Shown here in pieces: positions 1 through 9,011 of a stretch of DNA of 20,000 nt. The translations under genes and the position numbers were made by a program. Source of the DNA: an uncultured virus (IMG/VR IMGVR_UViG_3300021963_000092) (taxonomy: Duplodnaviria; Heunggongvirae; Uroviricota; Caudoviricetes). The notes under the pieces were generated by a model. It was not told where the DNA came from, did no database searches, and saw only the letters and a list, made by a program, of their open reading frames with translations. The number at the start of each line of letters is the position of its first letter. Positions within the stretch are counted from its first letter, which is position 1. The DNA lies in the IMG/VR virus record IMGVR_UViG_3300021963_000092, positions 56,847-76,846 of that record. The stretch is one strand, 5' to 3'.

Positions 1-1
1 T

Positions 2-718
2 GGTATACCCGGGGGAAGAGCCTCAGAGCAGCTGCTCATGGAGGACATCATAATCGAATGCCTGAGAATATATGGATTCGATGTATATTATCTGCCGAAA
101 ACAGCTGTAAATAAAGACCAGATTTTTACAGAAGACGCCTTACAAAAATACGATAATGCATTTCCGTTGGAGATGTATATGAGTAACGTAACCGGTTTCG
201 AAGGCGAGGGTGATCTTCTTTCTAAGTTTGGGGTAGAGATAAGAGATACTGCAACATTTATCGTATCGAGAAGAAGATGGGATGATGTAGTAGCTAAATC
301 AGGAACAGCAGCGCTTACTACAAGACCTGCTGAAGGTGATGTTCTATTCTTCCCTCTTACAAATTCTTTCTTTGAGATTAGAAGAGTCGAGACACGCGAC
401 CCGTTTTTCCAGGTTGGTAAGCTTTACGTATACAAACTGGAATGCGAGCTAATGCAGTTCTCGTCAGAAAGATTCAACACAACTATCGACTCAATAAATG
501 ATCAAGCAGATATAGAATCTATTTCTATTACTGAAGAATATACTTTAGATTTAGAAGATAATTCAAGATTCTTAATTGAAGCAGAAGCCGAAGTTCCGCT
601 TATCCTAGAAAACTTCCTGCTTAATGTAATTGACCCCTCTGCACAAAATGAAAACTTTGAGGACGAATCAGGTATTCTAGATTTCTCTGAAACTAACCCA
701 TTTGGAGAGGTTCTATAA
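2..718 (+). CDS. gp14: Neck protein gp14 (5'-truncated; frame is open from base 2, so the true start probably lies upstream of the window)
   Basis: Frame 2 reads GIPGGRASEQLLMEDIIIE...YGFDVYYLP...GFEGEGDLLSKFG.EIRD...RPAEGD..FFP...PFFQVGK...DFSETNPFGE, which is typical T4-like gp14. It lies directly upstream of gp15. Confidence 0.9.
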   Translation, partial: GIPGGRASEQLLMEDIIIECLRIYGFDVYYLPKTAVNKDQIFTEDALQKYDNAFPLEMYMSNVTGFEGEGDLLSKFGVEIRDTATFIVSRRRWDDVVAKSGTAALTTRPAEGDVLFFPLTNSFFEIRRVETRDPFFQVGKLYVYKLECELMQFSSERFNTTIDSINDQADIESISITEEYTLDLEDNSRFLIEAEAEVPLILENFLLNVIDPSAQNENFEDESGILDFSETNPFGEVL

Positions 719-1467
719 TGCTTCAAAAATTCTACTGGGGTACGATTCGAAAATCGGTTGTAGCTTTTGGTAATATATTTAACGATATCTACCTCGATAG
801 ATTAGATTCGTCTGGTAACGTTGTACAGACGTTGAAAGTACCCTTGTCGTACGCACCTAGACAAAAATTTCTAGCAAGAGTTGAAGCTGAGCCAGATCTT
901 CCAAATGCTAAATTTCAAATAAGTTTGCCTAGAATGGCGTTTGAAATGACCGGTCTGTCTTACGACCCAAATAGAAAATTAAGTCTGGTTCAAAAAAATA
1001 GAGTAAATAATACCTCAACGTCAACCAGTACTGTTCAATTTGTACCAACACCATATAATGTTTCTATGTCGTTGTACCTGTATTCAAAAAATCAAGATGA
1101 CGGTCTGCAGGTAATAGAGCAGATTCTTCCTTATTTCAATCCTGATTTTAACTTAACATTGAATGCTGTTCCGAGTATGAATATTAAGAACGACCTATCT
1201 ATCGTATTAGATAATGTGGCTTACGAAGATACTTATGAAGGTAATTTTACTTCTCGTAGATCTATTATATGGACACTTAATTTTACACTCAAGCTTAACT
1301 TCTTTGGACCGGCGAGCAGACAAAGTCTCATTCGTACTTCTATTGCTAATATCTTTAATGATGAAGCGAGAACTCAACAGATACTAAGATACAGTGCAAC
1401 GGTAGATCCAGGAACTGCTGTACCAGGGGATGATATTGATTTCATTGAAATGTTTGAGGATTTCTAA
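718..1467 (+). CDS. gp15: Tail sheath stabilizer/completion protein gp15
   Basis: Motifs FY..TIRK.VVAFGN.FNDI, KVPLSYAP.QKFL, LPRMAFE, QVIEQILPYFNP and RR.IIWTLNF. Its start overlaps the gp14 stop (TAATG). Confidence 0.92.
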   Translation: MLQKFYWGTIRKSVVAFGNIFNDIYLDRLDSSGNVVQTLKVPLSYAPRQKFLARVEAEPDLPNAKFQISLPRMAFEMTGLSYDPNRKLSLVQKNRVNNTSTSTSTVQFVPTPYNVSMSLYLYSKNQDDGLQVIEQILPYFNPDFNLTLNAVPSMNIKNDLSIVLDNVAYEDTYEGNFTSRRSIIWTLNFTLKLNFFGPASRQSLIRTSIANIFNDEARTQQILRYSATVDPGTAVPGDDIDFIEMFEDF

Positions 1468-1883
1468 TGTTAATGGATCAAAATCTTTCCAATCTTTTCA
1501 ATGTAGAACTTGCTATACAAGAAATATCTCCTATTATCGAGAAAGATAATACTGATGAGATTACTAGTGATTTTAATCTGGCAAGAAATACTCTTAGAAA
1601 ACTTATTGATGTTAATAACGATCTCATCAATAACATGGTAGATAACGCTAAGAGGTCTGAGAGAGGATCTGCATACGAAGTAGCCGGTCAGTTGATTAAG
1701 ACACAAACCGAAATTGCTAAGAGCCTTCTATCGGTGCAAAAGCAGAATCGTGAATTAAAAGGTGATGAGGTACCTACATCAAAGATAGGTAATCAAACTA
1801 ACAATATATTATTTGCAGGGTCTACAGCAGAACTTATGAAATTAATAAGTGCGCAGAAGGCTAATATAATTGACTCAAAGTAA
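1467..1883 (+). CDS. gp16: Terminase small subunit gp16 (start may be the ATG at 1473)
   Basis: DF..AR..L..LI...AYEVAGQLIK...TNNILFAGSTAEL.K pattern; located between gp15 and the large terminase. Confidence 0.85.
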   Translation: MLMDQNLSNLFNVELAIQEISPIIEKDNTDEITSDFNLARNTLRKLIDVNNDLINNMVDNAKRSERGSAYEVAGQLIKTQTEIAKSLLSVQKQNRELKGDEVPTSKIGNQTNNILFAGSTAELMKLISAQKANIIDSK

Positions 1884-3531
1884 AAACTCCTACAACGGTA
1901 ATAGATCACTCAAGCAAATAGGTTTCGTAATTCAGTATACCTCAGAACAGGTATCTGAATTAATGATTTGCAAAGACGACCCGATCTATTTTATTCGTAA
2001 ATATTGCCAGATAGTATCTCTTGACTCAGAGATGCTTATTCCTTTTGATCTCTTTCCTTATCAAGAAAGATTTCTAAATGCAATTCAAGAAAATAGACGC
2101 GTTATTAGTATGCAGCCTAGACAGATGGGTAAGTCCCAGGTAGTGGCTGCATATGTTCTCTGGTATACGCTTTTTAATAGAAACAAAACAGTTGCTATCC
2201 TTGCACACAAATCAGATGGTGCAATGGAAATTTTATCTCGTTATCAATTAATGTATGAAAACCTACCTTTGTGGATGCAGCAGGGTATAAAGACATGGAA
2301 TAAGGGTGACGTAGAGCTTGAGAACGGGTCATCCGTATTTACAGCAGCAACATCTCAGTCTGGTATTCGTGGTAAGTCAGTAAACTTACTGTATGTGGAC
2401 GAGGTGGCAATTGTACCAAATAACATCGCAGAGCAATTCTTTACATCCGTATATCCCGTAGTATCAGCCGGTCAAACAACCAAGATCATTCTTACATCTA
2501 CTCCGCTAGGATATAACCACTTCTGGAAGTTTTGGAATGAAGCAGAAAGAGGTACAAACGGATTTATTCCAATTAAAGTGGAATATTTCGAACATCCAAA
2601 GAGAGATTTAAAGTGGGCTGAAGAGCAGAAAGCACTTCTAGGTGAAGTTAAGTTTAATCAAGAGGTGTTGTGTAAGTTCTTAGGTTCCACTAACACACTT
2701 ATCTCCCCTGATGTTATTTCTAATCTTTCACCGAAGAGTTACATATACGAAAAAGATAATCTAGATATACTAGAATCTCCTCAATTAAATAATTCTTATT
2801 TTATAACAGTAGATACATCAAGAGGGGTAGGAGGAGATTACTCTGCTTTTACCGTTATTGATACTACAAAGTATCCGTTTTCTGTAGTAGCTAAATATCG
2901 CAATAATACAATCAGCCCGCTGTTGTACCCGGATATTATAGTAAAACTGGCTAAAGATTATAATAACGCTTATATTCTTGTTGAGATAAATGATATAGGT
3001 CAACAAGTTGCTGATTTAATATATAATGAATTAGAATATGAAAATATGATATGGGTGGGGAGCGATGCAAGGTACGGTCAGACGCTATCTATATCCGGTA
3101 AAAACTCCAGCCTAGGTATTAGAACAACCAAACAGATTAAGAGAATAGGTTGTTCATCTCTAAAATCTCTGGTTGAAAATAGTAAACTGTTAATTTTTGA
3201 TAAAGATATTATTTCCGAAATCTCAACATTTGTTGAAAATAAAGGGTCGTTTGAAGCAGATGAAGGATATAATGACGACTTAGTAATGACTTTAGTTCTT
3301 TTTGCATGGGCCTCTAACGACCCGTTATTTAAAGATCTAATGAATTCTAATAACCGTAAAGCCTTATACAGCCAACAAATTAAGAATATAGAAGAAGATT
3401 TAACACCATTCGGCTTTATTGATAATGGTGTACCTGAAGATGCAGTAGAAGTAGCAGGCAGTGATCTCTGGCTTACAGACTCATATAATAAAGATCTCCA
3501 AGCATTCATACGTGAAAATTATACTCGTTAA
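1870..3531 (+). CDS. gp17: Terminase large subunit gp17 (TTG start)
   Basis: Walker A PRQMGKS, Walker B LLYVDE, coupling motif TSTP, RNase H-like nuclease motifs VDTSRG..GDYSAF and DDLVM. GAAGG lies at 1856-1860 upstream of the TTG. Confidence 0.97.
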   Translation: MTQSKNSYNGNRSLKQIGFVIQYTSEQVSELMICKDDPIYFIRKYCQIVSLDSEMLIPFDLFPYQERFLNAIQENRRVISMQPRQMGKSQVVAAYVLWYTLFNRNKTVAILAHKSDGAMEILSRYQLMYENLPLWMQQGIKTWNKGDVELENGSSVFTAATSQSGIRGKSVNLLYVDEVAIVPNNIAEQFFTSVYPVVSAGQTTKIILTSTPLGYNHFWKFWNEAERGTNGFIPIKVEYFEHPKRDLKWAEEQKALLGEVKFNQEVLCKFLGSTNTLISPDVISNLSPKSYIYEKDNLDILESPQLNNSYFITVDTSRGVGGDYSAFTVIDTTKYPFSVVAKYRNNTISPLLYPDIIVKLAKDYNNAYILVEINDIGQQVADLIYNELEYENMIWVGSDARYGQTLSISGKNSSLGIRTTKQIKRIGCSSLKSLVENSKLLIFDKDIISEISTFVENKGSFEADEGYNDDLVMTLVLFAWASNDPLFKDLMNSNNRKALYSQQIKNIEEDLTPFGFIDNGVPEDAVEVAGSDLWLTDSYNKDLQAFIRENYTR

Positions 3532-3543
3532 AATTTTGCTATT

Positions 3544-3551
3544 TATAAATA
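3544..3551 (+). promoter_or_regulatory. T4-type late promoter TATAAATA upstream of gp18
   Basis: Exact T4 late consensus in the gp17-gp18 intergenic region; the cognate sigma gp55 is encoded in this window. Confidence 0.85.
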
Positions 3552-3601
3552 TACACGAGAGATTTTTATTATGAAAAATTACACATTATAAGGAGAAGAA
3601 C

Positions 3602-5275
3602 ATGACCTTTCAGCTTTCACCAGGTGTTCTAGTTACCGAAAAGGATCTGACAGCTGTCGTTCCTGCGGTTGCTACTACTGCTGGCGGTTTTGCTGGTGCT
3701 TTTCAATGGGGTCCTGTAGATCAAGTTGTTGTTGTAGAATCAGAAAATCAATTAGTAGAAAGATTTGGTAAACCAAACAGTACGGTTTATCAATCTTTCT
3801 TTACTGCTGCTAACTTTCTGTCATATGGAAACAACCTACAGGTAGTCCGCGTTGTTAACAAAGCTACTGCTAAAAACGCCGTTGTACAATCAGCTAACGC
3901 CCTACTTATTACAAACGAAACCAAATATGAAGATACTTATTCGGATGGATCTGCAACTGTAGGTGAATTTGCAGCTAAGTATCCAGGTGCATTAGGTAAC
4001 TCATTAAAAGTTTCCGTAGCAGATGCTAATACATATAGCTCTTGGGCTTATGCCTCGCAATTCGATACAACCCCTTCTACGTCTACATACGCAAGCGATC
4101 TTGGCGGAAGCCATGATGAACTTCATGTAATTGTAATTGATGAAGACGGTCTGTGGACAGGTGTATCTGGTAGTGTTCTAGAGAAGTTTTCTTATCTTTC
4201 GAAAGCTACCGATGCTAAGAGACCAGACGGTACATCTGCTTATTACAAAGACGTACTAAACAATCAGTCGAAATATATCTGGTGGATGGATCACCCATCG
4301 GCCGGTTCAAACTGGGGTTCATCTGCTCAAGGTGTAACCTTTGCTAACCTAACAGCTAACGTTACAGTATCGCTAGCCGGTGGTGTATCTGCCGATGCCC
4401 CTAACGATGGTAACCTCATGGTAGGGTTCTTAACATTTGCGAATGATGAACTTTACGATATCTCGCTAATTCCGGTAGGCGCAGTTTCTAATGCAGTAGC
4501 GAGTTATGTAATTACAAACATAGCTGAAGCTCGTAAAGATTGTGTAGTATTCGTATCCCCAGATCTAGACGATGTGTACAACAACGGTGGTTCAGAAGTA
4601 ACAGATGTTACTGCATATCGCGATGCTCTTCCATCCTCATCCTACGCAGTAATGGATTCGGGCTGGAAATACCAGTACGACCGCTATAACGATGTATACC
4701 GCTGGATTCCTTTAAATGGTGACGTAGCAGGTACAGCAGTTCGTACTGATTATACCGCTGATCCTTGGTTCTCGCCAGCTGGTCTAAACCGCGGTCAGAT
4801 TAAAAATTCAGTTAAGCTAGCCTGGTCGCCATCGAAAACTCAGCGGGATAGCTTATACAGAAAAGGGGTTAATCCGGTAGTTTCAATGCCTGGTCAGGGT
4901 ACTGTTCTGTATGGTGATAAGACTCTGCTTGCTAAACCATCTGCGTTCGATAGAATAAATGTACGCAGACTGTTCATCACGATCGAGAAAGCAATTGCTT
5001 CGGCAGCTAAATTCCAGCTGTTCGAGTTCAATGATGCCTTTACTCGCGCGCAATTCCGTAATCTGGTAGAACCATTCCTTCGTGATGTACAAGGTCGCCG
5101 CGGTGTTACAGAATACAAGGTTGTGTGTGATGAAACAAACAACACAGGTGAAGTTATCGATAGAAACGAGTTTGTAGCTGACATTTATGTTAAGCCATCA
5201 CGCTCGATTAACTTCATTAAGTTGAACTTCATTGCAACCAGATCTGGTATTGCATTCGAAGAAGTTGGCGCATAA
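3602..5275 (+). CDS. gp18: Tail sheath protein gp18
   Basis: N-terminal FQLSPGV...EKDLT, FQWGP, AKYPGALGN, PWFSPAG.NRG, GDKT, FDRINVRRLF and C-terminal IYVKP.RSINFI.LNF. SD AAGGAG lies just upstream. Confidence 0.97.
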   Translation: MTFQLSPGVLVTEKDLTAVVPAVATTAGGFAGAFQWGPVDQVVVVESENQLVERFGKPNSTVYQSFFTAANFLSYGNNLQVVRVVNKATAKNAVVQSANALLITNETKYEDTYSDGSATVGEFAAKYPGALGNSLKVSVADANTYSSWAYASQFDTTPSTSTYASDLGGSHDELHVIVIDEDGLWTGVSGSVLEKFSYLSKATDAKRPDGTSAYYKDVLNNQSKYIWWMDHPSAGSNWGSSAQGVTFANLTANVTVSLAGGVSADAPNDGNLMVGFLTFANDELYDISLIPVGAVSNAVASYVITNIAEARKDCVVFVSPDLDDVYNNGGSEVTDVTAYRDALPSSSYAVMDSGWKYQYDRYNDVYRWIPLNGDVAGTAVRTDYTADPWFSPAGLNRGQIKNSVKLAWSPSKTQRDSLYRKGVNPVVSMPGQGTVLYGDKTLLAKPSAFDRINVRRLFITIEKAIASAAKFQLFEFNDAFTRAQFRNLVEPFLRDVQGRRGVTEYKVVCDETNNTGEVIDRNEFVADIYVKPSRSINFIKLNFIATRSGIAFEEVGA

Positions 5276-5287
5276 GGGAGAGAATAG

Positions 5288-5866
5288 ATGACTACATTTA
5301 ACGTAGAGCGTTTTAAATCAGCTCTTACCAATGGTGGTGCTCGCCCTAACCAGTTTGCTGTACAGTTATCATACCCAACGTATGTAACTGGTCAAGCAAC
5401 TGCCGTAGCGCGTTCACCGTTCTTAGTTTCAGTTGCAGAGCTACCAGGTCAGACAGTTAACCCAGCGGTCGTGCAGTATCGCGGCCGTGAGGTTAAATTT
5501 GTTGGCGATCGTATCTTCGCACCATGGACTATTACCGTTCTAAACGATTCAGAAATGTCCATTAGAAATGCTATAGAAGAATGGATGGGTGGAATGGAAG
5601 ACTATGCTACTAAGACCGGCAGATTACAGCCAGCTCAGTATCAAAGAGATTTAGACGTATTCCAGCTAGATAGAAATGGTAACGTACTTAAGTCTTACAA
5701 GCTAGTTAACGCGTTCCCTGTAGACCTGTCGCCAGTGGCATTAGACTTTGGTGCTAACGATCAGATCTCACAGTTTACTGTTACCTGGCAGTATCAGCAC
5801 TTCACCACGTCCACCACAACAGCTGGCGGTACAGTTGATTTCGCTGGTTTATTTAATAATCAATAA
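5288..5866 (+). CDS. gp19: Tail tube protein gp19
   Basis: GGARPNQF, GR.VKFVGDR.FAPWTITV.ND, QLDRNG and AFP.DLS...LD motifs; follows gp18. Confidence 0.95.
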   Translation: MTTFNVERFKSALTNGGARPNQFAVQLSYPTYVTGQATAVARSPFLVSVAELPGQTVNPAVVQYRGREVKFVGDRIFAPWTITVLNDSEMSIRNAIEEWMGGMEDYATKTGRLQPAQYQRDLDVFQLDRNGNVLKSYKLVNAFPVDLSPVALDFGANDQISQFTVTWQYQHFTTSTTTAGGTVDFAGLFNNQ

Positions 5867-5884
5867 GTGAGTATTTAACTAGTT

Positions 5885-7429
5885 ATGGCGATTACCTTAT
5901 TTGGATTTACGATTGGTCGTGAAACCGATCAGACACAGCCGTCGAAGAAGCAAGAATTCATCACGCCTGTGTCTGATGACGGTGCGTCTACAGTAAATGC
6001 CGGGGGTTACTACGGCACTTACGTCGATATAGACGCTACAGCTAGAAATGAAGCAGATCTAATTTCCAGATATAGAGAGATTGCAAAGTATCCAGATTGT
6101 GATAACGCTATAGAAGAGATAGTCACAGAGGCAATCGCTGCTATCGACAGCGAGAACCCTGTGACTATCGATGTTGATAATCTTGAAATCCCGGACTCCA
6201 TAAAAGAATCTATAAGAGAAGAATTTGATAAGATTCTTCAACTTCTAGATTTTAAAGATAAAGCCCATGACATTTTTAGAAGATGGTACGTAGACGGAAG
6301 ACTGTACTATCAAAAATTAATTAATAGTTCAAAGCCTGTTGCAGGAATTTTAGAATTAAGATATATTGATCCTAAGAAAATTCGTAAAGTAAGGGAAGTT
6401 AAAAAAGATAAAGTTGACGATACAGGCGTCGAGCTTATTCAATCTGTTGACGAGTATTTTCTTTATAATGAAAAAGGTATGTCATATACTCCGGGTGCTG
6501 CTCCTGCTCAAACAAACACAGGAATAAAGATAAGCCCTGATGCAGTTACTTTTGTTCCTTCCGGTCTATTAGATCTTGACAGAAATATTATAAACGGATA
6601 CCTTCATAAAGCTATTAAGCCTGTTAATCAGCTTAAGATGATGGCAGATTCGCTAGTAATATATCGTCTATCCCGCGCACCAGAAAGAAGAATCTTCTAC
6701 ATTGACGTTGGTAATCTGCCGAAGCAGAAAGCTGAACAATATATGAAAGATTTAATGACCAGATATAGAAATAAGATTGTTTATGATTCCACCACGGGTG
6801 AAATTAAAGATGACCGTAAGTTCATGACTATGTTAGAAGATTTCTGGTTACCAAGACGAGAAGGGGGAAGAGGTACTGAGATTAGTACTCTACCTGGAGG
6901 AGAGAATCTTGGTCAGATCGCAGATATTGAATACTTTCAGAATAAAGTATATCAATCGCTCAATGTACCTACATCAAGATTTCAAGAATCATCTGGTTTT
7001 AATTTCGGCAGACAGGCTGAAATTTCTAGAGATGAAATTAAATTTGCAAAGTTTATTTCTAGACTCCGTAGAAAATTTAATGCTCTGTTTGATGATCTTC
7101 TTAAGACACAATTGGTGCTTAAAAAAGTAATTAGATTAGATGAATGGGAAGAAATAAAACAAAGTATAAATTACAAGTATGCTCAAGATCAATATTATCA
7201 AGAAATGAAAGAAGCTGAGAATTTAAGAAATAGACTTGACGTATTGAATCAAATGTCTCCGTACGTTGGAGTATATTTCAGTCAAAGTTATGTTAAAAAG
7301 AATGTTCTTAAAATGACCGACGCGGAAATAGAAAGAATAGAAGCAGAAAATGAAGAACAGCCTCCAGTATCGCAACCAGGAATGCCGGGGTCTGAACAAG
7401 TAGCTGCTCTAAGCAGAGAAGTAAGATAA
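5885..7429 (+). CDS. gp20: Portal protein gp20
   Basis: FRRWYVDGR, YLHKAIKPVNQL, IYRLSRAPERRIFYIDVGNLPK, EDFWLPRREGGRGTEI.TLPGG and EISRDE.KF.KFI.RLR. Confidence 0.98.
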   Translation: MAITLFGFTIGRETDQTQPSKKQEFITPVSDDGASTVNAGGYYGTYVDIDATARNEADLISRYREIAKYPDCDNAIEEIVTEAIAAIDSENPVTIDVDNLEIPDSIKESIREEFDKILQLLDFKDKAHDIFRRWYVDGRLYYQKLINSSKPVAGILELRYIDPKKIRKVREVKKDKVDDTGVELIQSVDEYFLYNEKGMSYTPGAAPAQTNTGIKISPDAVTFVPSGLLDLDRNIINGYLHKAIKPVNQLKMMADSLVIYRLSRAPERRIFYIDVGNLPKQKAEQYMKDLMTRYRNKIVYDSTTGEIKDDRKFMTMLEDFWLPRREGGRGTEISTLPGGENLGQIADIEYFQNKVYQSLNVPTSRFQESSGFNFGRQAEISRDEIKFAKFISRLRRKFNALFDDLLKTQLVLKKVIRLDEWEEIKQSINYKYAQDQYYQEMKEAENLRNRLDVLNQMSPYVGVYFSQSYVKKNVLKMTDAEIERIEAENEEQPPVSQPGMPGSEQVAALSREVR

Positions 7430-7432
7430 ATA
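7425..7432 (+). promoter_or_regulatory. Probable late promoter GATAAATA overlapping the gp20 stop codon
   Basis: 7/8 match to TATAAATA, 17 nt upstream of the 7450 ATG. Confidence 0.6.
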
Positions 7433-7449
7433 ATATTAATGGGTGATTT

Positions 7450-7641
7450 ATGTCAGATAAAGAATTAGTCAACAATTTAGTTAACAAAATTATTAACGGT
7501 GAAAATGCAGAGGCGCAGGAAGATGTCTATGCAATCCTTGCATCAAAATTAGACTCTGCGCTTAACGATAAGAAAATGGAAATAGCTCAAAACGTCTATT
7601 CCGCACCAGAAGAAGATACAGAGACCAGCGACCATGTCTAA
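7450..7641 (+). CDS. Small acidic prohead core protein, gp67-like (63 aa)
   Basis: Small helical, acidic ORF directly after the portal gene, the syntenic position of T4 gp67. It contains the pattern L..K...AL..KK.EIA. Confidence 0.6.
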   Translation: MSDKELVNNLVNKIINGENAEAQEDVYAILASKLDSALNDKKMEIAQNVYSAPEEDTETSDHV

Positions 7642-8608
7642 AGATTTTTTCTCTTTTCGAAATCATATTACAGAAAAGACTCTTACCTCCGCCGAAAAAA
7701 AGAAGCGTGAAGAGGTAGCTAAAGCTATTGAGCGTGAAAACCCAGATATGCCCATGGGTATGAAGATGGCCATAGCTACAAAGACAGCTAAGCGTGTTGC
7801 TGAAGAATCAACCCAGATTGATGAACTAAAAAAATCGACCCTAACAAGTTATGTTAAGAAAGCTGTAGACCCTATATACGGAATTCCGAAAACTAAAACT
7901 AAACTCGCTCAGCGCTTAAAAGGCATTCAAAGAGCGCATGAAAGAATAGTAGGTAATAAACCTACCTCGAGTGTAAAAGAAGCCGTTGATGATGAAGGAG
8001 CCATGGCAAAAGGTCAGCTGATGCGCATGGTAAATCAGGCATCTGGCCTCGCAAGAATAATGAATGATGATACTCAGCTGGATGGTTGGGTACAGTCTAA
8101 GCTTACCATGGCTTCTGATTATTTAGATTCTGTTCACGACTTCTTAATGCACAGCAAACAAGATGTAGATGAAAAAGAAGAAGGTGAAAAAGAAGAAGGT
8201 GAGATAGAAGAAGCTAAAAAAACTAAGCTGTTCGGTGCAGCAAAAGTCTACGACCGCTGGGATAAACTAACTAGAAAAGAGACCGGGGAGACCCTAGCTC
8301 AAAGACAAGCATGGTACAAGAAAAACATCGAAGATACTTTAAAGCGCAAAAAAGATCTCGAAGATGCTGGTATTATCAGGAAAGAAGATGTTCATTACTG
8401 CGCTAAGCACGTTCGCTCAGCTCTTCTTGGTGACGGGGTTGTATTAGAAGCTCAGCACGCTGACCCTAATGACGAAGGTCAGGTTGAATGGTATATGGTA
8501 GAATTCAAAGACGGTATTCATAAGGTGTATACAGAGGATCTTGATATAATGCTTGCTGAATATCACGGTAACCACAAAAAGAAAAAGAGAATGAACGATG
8601 GCAGATAA
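7634..8608 (+). CDS. Putative prohead core/internal head polyprotein (324 aa)
   Basis: Lies between the portal and protease genes and is highly charged. The N-terminus MSKDFFSFRNHITE resembles a capsid-targeting leader, and several (I/V)-x-E sites separate distinct blocks. Confidence 0.55.
   Translation: MSKDFFSFRNHITEKTLTSAEKKKREEVAKAIERENPDMPMGMKMAIATKTAKRVAEESTQIDELKKSTLTSYVKKAVDPIYGIPKTKTKLAQRLKGIQRAHERIVGNKPTSSVKEAVDDEGAMAKGQLMRMVNQASGLARIMNDDTQLDGWVQSKLTMASDYLDSVHDFLMHSKQDVDEKEEGEKEEGEIEEAKKTKLFGAAKVYDRWDKLTRKETGETLAQRQAWYKKNIEDTLKRKKDLEDAGIIRKEDVHYCAKHVRSALLGDGVVLEAQHADPNDEGQVEWYMVEFKDGIHKVYTEDLDIMLAEYHGNHKKKKRMNDGR
8170..8214 (+). repeat. 15-bp in-frame tandem repeat: TGAAAAAGAAGAAGG x2 plus a degenerate third copy (EKEEG-EKEEG-EIEEA)
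   Basis: Read directly: 8170-8184 and 8185-8199 are identical; 8200-8214 is TGAGATAGAAGAAGC. Confidence 0.85.
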
Positions 8609-9011
8609 ACGCATTTTAAAAATTACAAAGCGTCAAGCAGCCGTTGCAATTGTAGGGTCTGGTAACGCCAATATCTCTATTTATGAGCTAGCTCACCCTG
8701 GCCCGAACGCTACAACTGATACTCAGATTGTTACCCCTGCAAACGTAGTTTTAACTATTACGGATATTGCTTACGATGTTGGTAATGCTGCTAATATTAC
8801 CAGGGGTGGTAATTTAATTCTAGCGGTATCTGGCTCCGGTGAGTTTAACCTTACCGAAAAGATTGGCTGTGTACTAGGTGACCAAGCTAACGCTAACGTA
8901 GAAGTTAATTTAGGTGCCGCTCAAGGTACTATGATCATTCAGTTTACAAAAGGGAATGGTTATATCGATCGTAACCTTCAACACCAAGGCCCTGGAGTGG
9001 ATCCATACTAA
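8598..9011 (+). CDS. Hypothetical protein, probably virion-associated (137 aa, beta-rich)
   Basis: Overlaps both neighbours in the late head operon. It is rich in G/A/N/V/I/T and has no recognisable motif. Confidence 0.6.
   Translation: MADKRILKITKRQAAVAIVGSGNANISIYELAHPGPNATTDTQIVTPANVVLTITDIAYDVGNAANITRGGNLILAVSGSGEFNLTEKIGCVLGDQANANVEVNLGAAQGTMIIQFTKGNGYIDRNLQHQGPGVDPY

Noticed and set aside
38..40. ATG at 38 as the start of gp14
   Set aside because: The frame is open to the window edge, and the upstream residues (GIPGGRASEQLL) look like the conserved gp14 N-terminal region.
6909..7130. 73-aa plus-strand ORF inside the portal gene
   Set aside because: It is an out-of-frame overlap with the most conserved part of gp20, has a TTG start and has no recognisable features.
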